DNA of 64,000 nt from Acutalibacteraceae bacterium (GCA_045595505.1 JAZOAO010000027.1:84717-148716), one strand, 5' to 3'. Shown: positions 1-10,259, numbered from the stretch's first letter. Notes: generated from the letters alone by a model not told the origin. Made by a program: numbers and translations.

Positions 1-1846
1 CTGCTTTAAGGAATACCTTTTTAAAGCCTTTAAGCTCCTGCTTGGGTCTGAAAATAGTGCTTTCATTATCGGTTACATAAATCTGAGCAACCTCAGCACC
101 GTCAACAGAGCCTGTGTTCTTAATCTTGAATGAAACAGTTACTTTATCTGTATCCTTAATAGAATCTGCAGAAAGCTTAATATCGGAATACTGGAAGTTT
201 GTGTAAGAAAGACCGTAACCGAAGGGGAAGAGAACATCCTTCTCTGCAGTGTCATAATATCTGTAACCAACGAAAACGCTTTCCTTATATTCAACTGATG
301 CGGTGTAACCGGGGTAATAGTTGTAAGAGGGGTTATCAGAAAGTGAAAGGGGATATGTTTCTGCCAGCTTACCGCAGGGGTTAACATCACCAAAGAGAAT
401 ATCTGCTGCAGCACTGCCCGATGCCTCACCACCAAGAATGCAGTTAAGAATACCCTTAACCTTATTTGCCCAAGGCATTTCAATAGCTGAACCGCCTGAA
501 AGAGCAACAACAACGTTTTCATTTACTGCTGTAACTGCATCAACAAGTTTAGTGTGAAGAGCGGGAATGCCTAAATGACGGCGGTCAAAGCCCTCGGATT
601 CAAATTCTTCTGTAAGACCGATGAAGAGAACAACAGCGTCCTTGCCCTTTGCAGCTTCAACAGCTTCTGCAATAAATTGCTCGTCAGAAATTTTGTTTTT
701 CTTTGCTGTTGAATAACCGGGAGCATAAGTAACCTTTGCACCCTTAGAGAGAATTTCATCGTATGCACAATCAACTTTAATTGCGTTAACAAGTGAAGAG
801 CCTGCACCCTGGTAACGGGGCTTTTTAGCCATTTCACCGATAACTGCAATGTTTGCGTTCTTTTTAAGAGGAAGAATAGCATCGTCATTTTTAAGAAGCA
901 CCATACATTGACCTGCAATTTCACGGGCTTTCTGATGATGAGCATCCTTATCGTATGTATAGTCGCCGAGAACTTCCTTGGATTTCATAATAACCGTAAG
1001 AACGTTATCAACCATTTTATCAAGGAATTCCTCGGGGATTCTGCCGTCCTTAACAGCTTCAACAATCTGAGCGTTACCTAAGCCGTTGGATGTGGGCATT
1101 TCAAGCTCCTGACCTGCAAGAAGACCGGCAACGCGGTCATTTTCTGCACCCCAGTCAGTGACAATCATACCCTTGAAGCCCCATTCGTCACGAAGAACAT
1201 CTGTAAGGAGCCATTTGTTTTCTGCGCAGTATGTACCGTTAAGGCGGTTGTAAGCGTTCATTATTGTCCAGGGTTGAGCCTGTTTAACTGTTTTTTCAAA
1301 AGAGGTAAGATAAATTTCTCTTAAAGCACGCTCATCAATAACGCTGTCGCAGGTCATACGGCGGGTTTCCTGGTTGTTACCTGCAAAGTGCTTGAGAGAT
1401 GTGCCGATACCTTTGGACTGAACACCGTTAACGAATGCAGCGGAAATTTCACCTGCAAGGTAGGGGTCTTCGGAGAAATATTCAAAGTTTCTTCCGCAAA
1501 GAGGAGAACGCTTGATATTAGTACCGGGTCCTAAAAGAACGCTTACCTGCTCTTTAAGACATTCTTCACCGAGAAGAACACCCATTTCATAAATCAAATC
1601 AGGGTCCCAAGAGCAAGCGGTTGTTGCCGCTGTGGGATAGCAGATTGCAGGAACACCCTTAAGGCTTGTTGCCTGCTCTTTATCCATTTTTTCTGCACGC
1701 TTTCTGATACCGTGAGGTCCGTCAGTCCACATAACAACGGGGATACCAAGTCTTTCAATTCCGGGTGTGTGCCAATAGTCAAGACCGGAACAAAAGCTTG
1801 CCTTTTCTTCAAGAGTCATTTGTTTAATAAGGTCTGCGTGATTCAT
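1..1846 (-). CDS. Glycoside hydrolase family 3 beta-glucosidase (N-terminal 615 codons; C-terminus lies beyond the left window edge)
   Basis: Absent from the ORF track because it has no stop in the window. My reverse-strand translation from ATG (1846..1844, RBS ggaggt) reads MNHADLIKQMTLEEKASFCSGLDYWHTPGIERLGIPVVMWTDGPHGIRK..., passes GIGTSLKHFAGNNQETRR and MIVTDWGAE (GH3 hallmark blocks) and is still open at base 2 (...TIFRPKQELKGFKKVFLKA). Confidence 0.9.
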   Translation of the reverse strand, partial: MNHADLIKQMTLEEKASFCSGLDYWHTPGIERLGIPVVMWTDGPHGIRKRAEKMDKEQATSLKGVPAICYPTAATTACSWDPDLIYEMGVLLGEECLKEQVSVLLGPGTNIKRSPLCGRNFEYFSEDPYLAGEISAAFVNGVQSKGIGTSLKHFAGNNQETRRMTCDSVIDERALREIYLTSFEKTVKQAQPWTIMNAYNRLNGTYCAENKWLLTDVLRDEWGFKGMIVTDWGAENDRVAGLLAGQELEMPTSNGLGNAQIVEAVKDGRIPEEFLDKMVDNVLTVIMKSKEVLGDYTYDKDAHHQKAREIAGQCMVLLKNDDAILPLKKNANIAVIGEMAKKPRYQGAGSSLVNAIKVDCAYDEILSKGAKVTYAPGYSTAKKNKISDEQFIAEAVEAAKGKDAVVLFIGLTEEFESEGFDRRHLGIPALHTKLVDAVTAVNENVVVALSGGSAIEMPWANKVKGILNCILGGEASGSAAADILFGDVNPCGKLAETYPLSLSDNPSYNYYPGYTASVEYKESVFVGYRYYDTAEKDVLFPFGYGLSYTNFQYSDIKLSADSIKDTDKVTVSFKIKNTGSVDGAEVAQIYVTDNESTIFRPKQELKGFKKVFLKA

Positions 1847-1949
1847 TTTCTACCTCCGTAAAGGGTGAGGATTTTCGCACCCTGTATTTCAAAATTATAC
1901 ACTTTAATGATAACATACAAAATATTCCAATGCAAGAATTATTTGCTTG

Positions 1950-3029
1950 TTATTTCGTCATTGTTATTTCGTCATACATTACTTTAATGATTTTCGTGCT
2001 GTTAAGGCAACAATCGGTGTTGTTGGAGTGGTAATAGGCAATAAGTAAATAATCTTCGCCTTCTATGGTGGTAGGATAGCAGTAGCCGTTATCGAGGTCA
2101 TCTTCAAGATAGAAAAGCTTTTCTTGTGTAAATACGGTTTCCTCTTTTTTTCTTACTGCCATCACGTATGGTGTTCTGCCCCAGAATTCTGCATCATCAT
2201 CTCTTAAAATATGCTCAGGGATTGGATTTAAAATTGCAACTGTAAGGTCTTTGAAGTCCTTAACCGACATAGGCGAAGCAGGGGAGGAAAAGAATACGTT
2301 GGGTTCGGGTGTTGACCAGGTTTCACCGTTATCCTCGGAGTAACACTCATACTGATAACCTAAAAGAGTTCTTATATAGCACCATATTTTACCGTCGGGC
2401 AATTCATAAAGTCCCGGTTCCTGAAAGCCGATTTTGTCATTGGGGAAAGGCGTTTTTAATTCTTGGGCAGTTTTATTCCAGGTGTAGCCGTCGTCATCGG
2501 AATAGAAAAAGCAAAGCTCACCTCTGTGCAATTCATCATTGTTGTCATAAATTGTGTGTTTTGCAAGAGGAAGAATAATTCTGCCGTTTTTAAGCTTTAA
2601 AACTCTGTCGTTATTGAGAATGAAATAATCGGGTCTTTCGAGAGAGTTTAAGCAGTTTTGCGGTTCACTCCAGCTTTTTCCCTCATCAGCAGAACGCCTC
2701 GTAACAATGGTATCGGTTCCATCTTTGTTTTTAACAATATAAAAAGCACCGATATCTCCGTTTCCCATTCTTAAAAACGAAAAGCTCATAATGTTAAGGT
2801 CGTTTTCGCCCTTTTCAAAAAGTATCCTTCTTTCTGACCAGGTTTCACCCTCGTCAATTGAAAAAATGCAGGAGATTCGGGCAATATCCTCGTCCTCTCT
2901 TCCGCCTAAAAACTCAGTAAAGGCGAATAATATGCTACCGTCATTCAAACGGATAAATGAGCCCTCACCGATTCGCCTTATTGACCCCTCAGGAGCCATT
3001 AAATGAACTTGTCTTCCGACTTTTTTCAT
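1950..3029 (-). CDS. BNR/Asp-box repeat, sialidase-like beta-propeller glycoside hydrolase (no signal peptide)
   Basis: Four Asp-box motifs SxDxGxTW (SIDEGETW, SADEGKSW, SDDDGYTW, SEDNGETW) are spread along the protein. I moved the start to MKKVGRQ (ATG 3029), which sits behind RBS ggagtgg; the track ORF starts at 3071. Confidence 0.75.
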   Translation of the reverse strand: MKKVGRQVHLMAPEGSIRRIGEGSFIRLNDGSILFAFTEFLGGREDEDIARISCIFSIDEGETWSERRILFEKGENDLNIMSFSFLRMGNGDIGAFYIVKNKDGTDTIVTRRSADEGKSWSEPQNCLNSLERPDYFILNNDRVLKLKNGRIILPLAKHTIYDNNDELHRGELCFFYSDDDGYTWNKTAQELKTPFPNDKIGFQEPGLYELPDGKIWCYIRTLLGYQYECYSEDNGETWSTPEPNVFFSSPASPMSVKDFKDLTVAILNPIPEHILRDDDAEFWGRTPYVMAVRKKEETVFTQEKLFYLEDDLDNGYCYPTTIEGEDYLLIAYYHSNNTDCCLNSTKIIKVMYDEITMTK

Positions 3030-3185
3030 AAATTCCACTCCGAACAAAAAATTATATAACAAGTATATCATACAATTTGCACATATATCAACAGCGAAAT
3101 TGTAACATAACGACAGGTTGTTTTTATTGCTTTTAAAAAATCCCTATGATAAAATTAATTTAATTTGAAATAGGGAGGGAATCCT

Positions 3186-6100
3186 ATGCTTTATAAAAAA
3201 AATTCTGCTCCTGCTTTAACAGAGGAGCTATTTAAAAATCCTACTGCGGAATACCGCGGAACCCCCTTCTGGGCTTGGAATAACTTGCTCACCAAGGAAG
3301 AGCTTTGCCGTCAGATAGATGTTTTTAAGGAAATGGGTCTGGGCGGATTCCATATGCACGTAAGAACAGGTCTTAAGAACAAATATTTAAGCGACGAATA
3401 TATGGAGCTTGTTAAGGCTTGCGTTGAAAAAGCAAAGGGCGAGGAAATGCTCGCCTGGCTTTATGATGAGGACAGATGGCCCTCAGGTGGTGCAGGCGGT
3501 CTTGTTACCTGTGATGAAAGATATCGCGCAAGAAACCTTGTTTTCACAACTGAAAAGCAGGGTCAGGGCTTCAGTGCAGGTAACTGCTCCCGCTCCAACG
3601 GTGACAGAAGCGGTAACGATACCCTTTTGGCCTGCTATGATGTTGTTCTCGATAGCGATGGATACCTTGAAAGCTATAAAAGAATAGACGAAAACGAAGA
3701 TGCACAGGGCACAAAATGGTATGCTCTTTTAAATATTTACGGTCCTAACAGCTGGCATAATGACCAGACCTATGTTGACACTCTCAACAAGGATGCTATC
3801 AAGCGATTTATTGAGGTTACTCACGACAGATATAAAGAAAGCGTAGGCTACGAGTTTGATAAAACCGTTCCTGCAATTTTTACAGACGAGCCTCAGTTTA
3901 CAAGAAAGGACACCTTTGATAACTCCTTTGACACAGAAGATGTCACAATGCCCTGGACAGATAAGGTTCCCGAGCTTTATAAAGAGGCTTACGGTGCTGA
4001 TATTCTTGACACTCTTCCCGAAATTTTCTGGGATTTGAAGGATAGCGCCCCCTCAATCCACCGCTACCGTTACCACGATTTTATTGCAGAGCTTTTTGCA
4101 CAGTCCTTTGCAGATACCGTTGGTTCTTGGTGCGAAGAAAACGGAATTGCACTTACAGGTCATATGATGGAAGAGCCAACATTACACAGTCAAACTGCCG
4201 CTTTAGGTGAAGCAATGCGTTCCTACAGAAGTTTTCAGCTTCCGGGTATAGATTTGCTTTGCAACTCTCACGAATTCACAACCGCAAAGCAGGCACAGTC
4301 TGCCGCACATCAGTTCGGTTATGAGGGTGTTCTTTCCGAGCTTTACGGCGTAACAGGTTGGGATTGTGATTTCAGAACCTATAAGCATCAAGGCGACTGG
4401 CAGGCAGCTTTGGGTATAACTGTGCGTGTGCCCCACCTTTCCTGGTATGCAATGGCAGGTGAAGCAAAGCGTGATTATCCTGCATCAATTTCTTATCAGT
4501 CCCCTTGGTACAAGGAATATGGTGCAATCGAAGACCATTTTGCAAGAGTTAATACTGCTCTTACAAGAGGTAAGCCCATTGTTAAGGTTGGTGTTATTCA
4601 TCCTGTTGAAAGCTTCTGGCTTCACTGGGGACCCAATGATAAATCAGCAATTTTCCGTGACGGTGCTGATGAAAACTTCCTTAATCTTACAAGGTGGCTT
4701 ATTGAAGGAAGTATAGACTTTAACTTTATATGCGAATCTCTTTTGCCCACCCTTTGTCAAAAGGGTTCTGCACCCTTTAAGGTTGGTAAAATGGAATATG
4801 ATACAATTATTGTTCCTGCTTGCGAAACCTTGCGTTTAACTACATTGGAGCGACTTGAAGAATTCCGTAAAACCGGAGGAAGACTTATTTTCCTCGGTAC
4901 TGCGCCGAAACTTTGCGATGCCATCTCTTCCGAAAGAGGTAAAGCTCTTTACGATATCAGCGAACATATTGACTATACCCGTTCTGCACTTCTCACCGCA
5001 ATGGAAAAGGACAGAACCCTTACTATTCGTTACGATAACGGAAGTCTGACAGATGACCTTATTTATCAGCTCCGTCAGGATGAGGACTGCAAATGGTTAT
5101 TTGTTTGCCACGACAGAGAGCCTCATAATAAGGATATTGATAACGGTGATAATATAAGAATTACCGTAAACGGTGAATATGGCGTTGTTATTTATGATAC
5201 AGAAAACGGAAATATAATTCCTGTGACTTATGAAATTAAAAACGGTAAAACCGTAATTTCAGACCATATTTACGGCTATGAATCAAGGCTTTATAAATTG
5301 GTTGATGTAGCTTCTGCTTCACCGAAAACAGAAGAAGAGAAAACAGAAAGAACAGAAATCCGTGTTCCCTCACAGGTTAAATACGAGCTTTCCGAAGAGA
5401 ATATTCTTGTTCTTGATATGGCAGAATTCAAGGTTGAGGGTGAAGCTGAATTTTCACCGAAAGAAGAAATTTTAAGGCTTGATAATATATGCCGTGAAAG
5501 ACTTGGTCTTCGTGAAAGAGGCGAGGCTATTGTTCAGCCCTGGGTATATGGAGAAGCTCCCGATGTAAGCAAGGTTACTCTCAGATACACCTTCAACAGC
5601 GAAATTGATTATGAGGGTGCATTCCTTGGTCTTGAGGATGCTCCAAAAGCAGAAATAACCTTTAACGGCGAAAAGGTTTCCAATGAGATAGTTGGTAATT
5701 ATGTTGACTTTTCGATTTATAAAGTAAAACTCCCTGAAATCAAGAAAGGCGAAAACCAGCTCATTATAACTTATCCCTTCGGACCATCTGCAAACCTTGA
5801 AACAGTATTTGTTCTCGGCTATTTTGGAGTTAAGGTTGTTGGTACTGAAAGCACAATTATTCCTCTTCCCGAGAAAATCGGCTTTGGTGAAATTCTTTCA
5901 CAGGGCTTCCCGTTCTACAGCGGAGCAATTACATATAAAATACCCGTTAGTGTTGAAAACGGCACAATAGAAGTTGAGACTTCTGATTATCGCGGCGCTC
6001 TTATTGCCGTAGAGATTGACGGTGAGAAAAAGGGCAGAATTATTTATCCGCCCTATAATCTTGAAATCAAAGACCTCACAAACGGTGAGCACCAAGTCGG

Positions 6101-6269
6101 AGTTAAGCTCTATATTCACAGATACAACTCCTTTGGTCCTGTTCACCTTGTAAATGAGAAAGAGTCATGGCACGGTCCGAATGCTTGGCGAAGCAACGGA
6201 CGAAATTGGTCTTATGAGTACGTATTAAGAAAAACAGGTATTCTCAAAGCTCCGGTTGTAAGAGTATAA
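3186..6269 (+). CDS. Large (1027 aa) glycoside hydrolase-like protein, family uncertain
   Basis: The N-terminal block YRGTPFWAWN...GLGGFHMHVRTGL...YDEDRWPSGGAGG is typical of large clostridial/Bacteroides proteins annotated as glycosyl hydrolases (GH106-like). RBS gggaggg precedes the ATG. I cannot verify the family assignment without an HMM search. Confidence 0.6.
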   Translation: MLYKKNSAPALTEELFKNPTAEYRGTPFWAWNNLLTKEELCRQIDVFKEMGLGGFHMHVRTGLKNKYLSDEYMELVKACVEKAKGEEMLAWLYDEDRWPSGGAGGLVTCDERYRARNLVFTTEKQGQGFSAGNCSRSNGDRSGNDTLLACYDVVLDSDGYLESYKRIDENEDAQGTKWYALLNIYGPNSWHNDQTYVDTLNKDAIKRFIEVTHDRYKESVGYEFDKTVPAIFTDEPQFTRKDTFDNSFDTEDVTMPWTDKVPELYKEAYGADILDTLPEIFWDLKDSAPSIHRYRYHDFIAELFAQSFADTVGSWCEENGIALTGHMMEEPTLHSQTAALGEAMRSYRSFQLPGIDLLCNSHEFTTAKQAQSAAHQFGYEGVLSELYGVTGWDCDFRTYKHQGDWQAALGITVRVPHLSWYAMAGEAKRDYPASISYQSPWYKEYGAIEDHFARVNTALTRGKPIVKVGVIHPVESFWLHWGPNDKSAIFRDGADENFLNLTRWLIEGSIDFNFICESLLPTLCQKGSAPFKVGKMEYDTIIVPACETLRLTTLERLEEFRKTGGRLIFLGTAPKLCDAISSERGKALYDISEHIDYTRSALLTAMEKDRTLTIRYDNGSLTDDLIYQLRQDEDCKWLFVCHDREPHNKDIDNGDNIRITVNGEYGVVIYDTENGNIIPVTYEIKNGKTVISDHIYGYESRLYKLVDVASASPKTEEEKTERTEIRVPSQVKYELSEENILVLDMAEFKVEGEAEFSPKEEILRLDNICRERLGLRERGEAIVQPWVYGEAPDVSKVTLRYTFNSEIDYEGAFLGLEDAPKAEITFNGEKVSNEIVGNYVDFSIYKVKLPEIKKGENQLIITYPFGPSANLETVFVLGYFGVKVVGTESTIIPLPEKIGFGEILSQGFPFYSGAITYKIPVSVENGTIEVETSDYRGALIAVEIDGEKKGRIIYPPYNLEIKDLTNGEHQVGVKLYIHRYNSFGPVHLVNEKESWHGPNAWRSNGRNWSYEYVLRKTGILKAPVVRV

Positions 6270-6275
6270 AACAAA

Positions 6276-6317
6276 ATCACTCCATTGAAATTTACGAATA
6301 AATTTCAATGGAGTGAT
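6276..6317. terminator. Bidirectional intrinsic terminator between convergent genes
   Basis: Perfect 18-bp stem atcactccattgaaattt / aaatttcaatggagtgat (6276-6293 / 6300-6317) with a 6-nt loop. An A-rich run lies upstream and a T-rich run downstream. Confidence 0.85.
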
Positions 6318-6323
6318 AAATTT

Positions 6324-7034
6324 TTATACAAAGAGTTTTTTCGAAAGCCAAGCTCTGACTTTTTTACTTTTGTTAGCATAAAGCCAGAAGAAAACGAGAG
6401 CAAGACAACAAACATCTAAAATAAGGGTTATTTCAGAAGCTATTATATAATTACCCAGGAAGAAGCAAGTGCTTGTAATCGCCAGACAGATTACAAGGTC
6501 AATAAAAATATGAAGCACTTTTGAGGTCCAGTGGCGTTTCCTTTTGCGATACCAGAAAGTGAAATATAAAACACAAGCAGAAATAATTGCAATAATGGGT
6601 ACAGCAATACTGAAATACCACTTTGCGTCGCTTGGGTCGTTGGCATAGAAGACTAAAGTATATAGCGCAACCGCCAGAGTATCAAAGCCCCACATTAAAT
6701 AAGGGTGCAGTTTTTTCGTCAGGAAGGGAAAAATAAACAAAATCCAACATAAAAGCGAACTTGATGCAACATAAATGAACCATAATGATTTAGGATCTAA
6801 AAAAAGATTTATGAATATACAAACGATATTTGGTATTAAGATTATGAATGTAATTATAATTGCAACAAATTTTTGCTTGATTCCTGATGGAATATCGGGA
6901 GTGTGGGAAAAGGGAAGGTTGGATTCTTCACTTTTTCCGTTGGGATTATACACGGGAGTGTCACAAAGGGCGCATTTGTGGGCGCTTTTGTCTAATTCCA
7001 CTCCGCAATTTACACAATATGACATATTAAACAT
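6324..7034 (-). CDS. Zinc-ribbon membrane protein (DUF6320-like), about 6 TM helices
   Basis: N-terminal CxxC...CxxC (CVNCGVELDKSAHKCALCDTPV) is followed by multiple hydrophobic helices. It is probably co-transcribed with the upstream acyltransferase-like gene; the gap is 16 nt. Confidence 0.6.
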   Translation of the reverse strand: MFNMSYCVNCGVELDKSAHKCALCDTPVYNPNGKSEESNLPFSHTPDIPSGIKQKFVAIIITFIILIPNIVCIFINLFLDPKSLWFIYVASSSLLCWILFIFPFLTKKLHPYLMWGFDTLAVALYTLVFYANDPSDAKWYFSIAVPIIAIISACVLYFTFWYRKRKRHWTSKVLHIFIDLVICLAITSTCFFLGNYIIASEITLILDVCCLALVFFWLYANKSKKVRAWLSKKLFV

Positions 7035-7050
7035 CCTTTAAATTTATGTG

Positions 7051-8358
7051 TTAATCTCGGTTGCTTTCGATTTTTACGTGAAATCCCATTTTCACAAGAG
7101 TTGTGAAAATTTCACGTTCAATATCCGTTTCTTTGTAAATTCCGGCAATTGTTAAAACAAGGTTATCACCAACAGTTGCAAGACCACACCTGACAGCGTT
7201 GCGAATACCGGGGCCGGGCATAAGAAACACTTTTTCAACAAAGGGTAACATATCATCGGGAAGTTTTACTGCACCTAAGTTTGAAAGCAAAACAGAGGTT
7301 GTTTGTTCACCTGTAATGAGGAAAGAGACACCTACACCAATATCTTTAACCACTAAAGGCAAAAATTTTAAAACGGGGTTTCTCTCAAGTCCCATATTGG
7401 CTGTTACCATTGCGTTGAGCTTCTTTTCGTCATTTGCAAGGCGGAGCTGATAAGCTACCTGCCTTAAAAGCTCCTCAAAAGAATAGTCACCTAATTGGGG
7501 GTCAACCTTTGCGCGAAGGCAAATAGTGAAGTTTCGTAAAGTTTCTGTCTTGTAAACGCTTCTTAAATCAATGGGAATCTGAACGGAAACTTCTTTTTGT
7601 TTTTTTGATTCTTTTCTTTGCTTTTCGATATGCACCTGCATAAGAAGAGCGGCAAAGAATTCTGTTATGGTTACTCCCTGCGCTTTTGTATATTTATGAA
7701 TATCGCTGAAAGACATTGTTCCCGAAATTATATTTACCATATGTTTTGGGAGTTTTGTACCTTTTGCGTGATAAACATATTTATCACTTCGTTTAATTTT
7801 GCCTTTTGAGTTGGCAATTTTTGAAAAGGCATCTTCGAGTTCTTCCTTTTTTGGCACTTCCGAAGAATCAAGCACAAGACCGCCAACGGAAATGTTATGA
7901 CCGCAAAGCTTTAAATATTCTGCAACAAGCGTGCAAGAGAATATTGCGGCACCGTGACCATCGGAAATAGCGTGATATGTGTCAACCGCAATTCTTCTTC
8001 CGTGGTAGTAAACTCTGAAAAGAAAGCCGTTGTTCTCTTTGAATTTAACACGATGACAAGGGTTTTGAATATCGGGCTTAACATCGGGCGCGATATTTGG
8101 GTTTTTCTCAAAATAATACCAGAAAAGCCCTTTTCTGATGCGAACATCAAATCCGGGGAAACGAGGCATTATATTTTTCAATGCTTTTGTAAGAATTTCA
8201 GGGTCGATTTCTTCTTTGAGTTCAATGCAAAAACGAAAGATGTTTGACCAGGTTCCTGTATTCTGACCGGGGAAAATTGAAGCAGCATTATCAAGCCTGA
8301 ACCATTCAGGCAAGCTCGGATTTCTTCTTTCTCGCAGTTTGCCTTCCGCCAATTTCAA
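7051..8358 (-). CDS. Condensation-domain / alcohol acetyltransferase-like acyltransferase (HxxxD)
   Basis: The catalytic-type motif HAISDGHG (HxxxDG) lies about 130 aa from the N-terminus. Size and layout match WS/DGAT-PapA5-like acyltransferases. Confidence 0.6.
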   Translation of the reverse strand: MKLAEGKLRERRNPSLPEWFRLDNAASIFPGQNTGTWSNIFRFCIELKEEIDPEILTKALKNIMPRFPGFDVRIRKGLFWYYFEKNPNIAPDVKPDIQNPCHRVKFKENNGFLFRVYYHGRRIAVDTYHAISDGHGAAIFSCTLVAEYLKLCGHNISVGGLVLDSSEVPKKEELEDAFSKIANSKGKIKRSDKYVYHAKGTKLPKHMVNIISGTMSFSDIHKYTKAQGVTITEFFAALLMQVHIEKQRKESKKQKEVSVQIPIDLRSVYKTETLRNFTICLRAKVDPQLGDYSFEELLRQVAYQLRLANDEKKLNAMVTANMGLERNPVLKFLPLVVKDIGVGVSFLITGEQTTSVLLSNLGAVKLPDDMLPFVEKVFLMPGPGIRNAVRCGLATVGDNLVLTIAGIYKETDIEREIFTTLVKMGFHVKIESNRD

Positions 8359-8388
8359 AGCTCCTTTCTTTAAGGATGTAGCCTGAAC

Positions 8389-8431
8389 AGTAAAAATACC
8401 GTTTTACTCATTCTCTGGGTAAAACGGTATT
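8389..8431 (-). terminator. Intrinsic terminator downstream of the 8437..8748 gene
   Basis: 13-bp stem aataccgttttac / gtaaaacggtatt (8395-8407 / 8419-8431). On the minus strand a T-run follows (tttttac). Confidence 0.7.
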
Positions 8432-8436
8432 AAATT

Positions 8437-8748
8437 TTAGATTTTTAAAGCGTCCTTGATTTTAATTTTACCTACAAAAGGAATTTTCAAATAACCGTTA
8501 CACTTATCATCCTCGAAAGTAAGATGAACATCAATTTCTTTTCCGGGGAGAATAGCAACAGTTGCTTTTGCATCAAGGGTATCGCCGTCTTCTTCGAATT
8601 CAGTTATTGTAATATCCATATCGAAATCAGCATTATCAATTTCAATTTCAAATTCATAGTTGCCGTTTTCAAATTCAATTTCAAAAACGGCATCGCCTTT
8701 GAAAAACATATGGTCAATACTTACTTTATATTTACCAATTCCAATCAT
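8437..8748 (-). CDS. Small acidic hypothetical protein (103 aa)
   Basis: Clean ORF with RBS ggaggtacc upstream and its own terminator. I recognise no family. Confidence 0.5.
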   Translation of the reverse strand: MIGIGKYKVSIDHMFFKGDAVFEIEFENGNYEFEIEIDNADFDMDITITEFEEDGDTLDAKATVAILPGKEIDVHLTFEDDKCNGYLKIPFVGKIKIKDALKI

Positions 8749-8774
8749 AACAGGTACCTCCGTTAGTGTTATTT

Positions 8775-10259
8775 TTATTCAATAGTCATTCCGCCTGCCA
8801 AACGAAGAATTTTGCGAGCATCCTCTGTTGTAATTTTTCCGTCTGTCGAGTTATCTGCATTGGCGGCAATGTTTTGTTCGGGAGTCAGAGTCAATGTACC
8901 TATAGATGTATGCATAGCAGCTTTCACATCAAAAAGAGTAACAATACCGTCTCCGTCTATATCGCCTTTGAGAGAGAAGTCATCGTTCATAAGAATGATA
9001 AATCTGCCACCTTCAGAAACCTGAACACCAACAAAAGGTGCGTGTGCAGAACCACTGACAAGGACAAGCTCGTCCCCTATTTGTTGATATACTTTAGTTG
9101 CACTGGGAATTGCATCGGGACAAACTGCATCAAAAGAAAAAATCACGTCGCCCTCAGGAGTGTAAGGAAAGCATTCATTTGTTATTTCTATATCAAAGGC
9201 AAGTGCTTTGGAATATCTTGTGGGCAACAGATCCTGCACCTCTGTGATTTCAACGGGCTCAACCGCAATATCAATCATATCGCCTTCATAAATCACATCA
9301 TAAGCATCTACCAATTGTATGCGGGTATCGTTATCTGTTATTGTATGTGTGGTTTTTGTTATGATGTCAGTAGGAAGCCCTTGCTTGACTAAATATTTAT
9401 AGGCCTCTGAGTCCTTTGCACAAGAGATACCATTGGTGAAGAAATATACCTTGTTGTCGTCCGAGTCTATTGTTCCCAGAACGGCATCATCACCGATACT
9501 CGTAAGGCTTGCGGGTAAATCTATTCTTTTTAAAGAATCGCAGTATGCCAAAGCTTCTTTACCTAAGGAATAAAGGTTATCACTTAAACGGATGCTTTCA
9601 AGATTCCAACAATAGGAAAAAGCGCGGGTGTTTATTGATGTTACGGTGTTATACATATCAACCGATGTTAAATTGTAGCAATGGTCAAAGGCGTAGGAGC
9701 CAATGCTTTCAATTCCGTAAGGAACCGTAAAATGACCGCCTTTTCCTGCAGGGAAGCAAATAAGATTATAGGTTTTGCCGTATGTTTCAGATAACTCATA
9801 GGTGTCTTTTCGATAAAGAACACCATCGATAACAGTAAAGGTTTCATTTGATGGGTCAATATCAAACTCTGTAAGAGAAGAACACATATTAAAAGCTCTT
9901 GCAGAAATTGTTTCAAGAGTTGCCGGTAATTTTATGTAGGTCAGGCTCTCGTTTCCGGCAAAAGCTTTTATGAAAATGCCTGTAACAGGGAAACCACCTA
10001 ATTTTTCGGGTAGAATAATTTTCGTTTCCTTACCGGTGTAACCGGTTATGATGGATTTTGTAAAGTCATCGTTGGTATTTGTTTTGTATGTAAAATCACT
10101 TTCAGGAGGTGTTACGGGTTCATCACTTTCATAAACCCCGGATGTTCCGCCGATGGCAGTAGGTATTTTATCTGTAAAAAAGAAACAGGACAGTGAAATT
10201 GCAAAGCACAAAACAAAACTTAACAGTTTTTTCTTGTTCAAAACAGCACATCCTTTCAA
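8775..10259 (-). CDS. Secreted leucine-rich-repeat (BspA-like) protein with C-terminal dockerin
   Basis: Signal peptide KKKLLSFVLCFAISLSCFFF. Repeated LRR units of about 23 aa (IGSYAFDHCYNLTSVDM, INTRAFSYCWNLESIRL, LGKEALAYCDSLKRIDL). The C-terminal dockerin loops are GDIDGDGIVTLFDV and NADNSTDGKITTEDARKILR. The true start may be TTG at 10241 (MNKKKLL), 9 nt after aagga. Confidence 0.8.
   Translation of the reverse strand: MKGCAVLNKKKLLSFVLCFAISLSCFFFTDKIPTAIGGTSGVYESDEPVTPPESDFTYKTNTNDDFTKSIITGYTGKETKIILPEKLGGFPVTGIFIKAFAGNESLTYIKLPATLETISARAFNMCSSLTEFDIDPSNETFTVIDGVLYRKDTYELSETYGKTYNLICFPAGKGGHFTVPYGIESIGSYAFDHCYNLTSVDMYNTVTSINTRAFSYCWNLESIRLSDNLYSLGKEALAYCDSLKRIDLPASLTSIGDDAVLGTIDSDDNKVYFFTNGISCAKDSEAYKYLVKQGLPTDIITKTTHTITDNDTRIQLVDAYDVIYEGDMIDIAVEPVEITEVQDLLPTRYSKALAFDIEITNECFPYTPEGDVIFSFDAVCPDAIPSATKVYQQIGDELVLVSGSAHAPFVGVQVSEGGRFIILMNDDFSLKGDIDGDGIVTLFDVKAAMHTSIGTLTLTPEQNIAANADNSTDGKITTEDARKILRLAGGMTIE

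Noticed and set aside
8766-9392. 208-aa plus-strand ORF overlapping the LRR-dockerin gene
   Set aside because: It is antisense to a gene with a clear signal peptide, LRR units and a dockerin. Its translation is Cys-rich nonsense without a start context.
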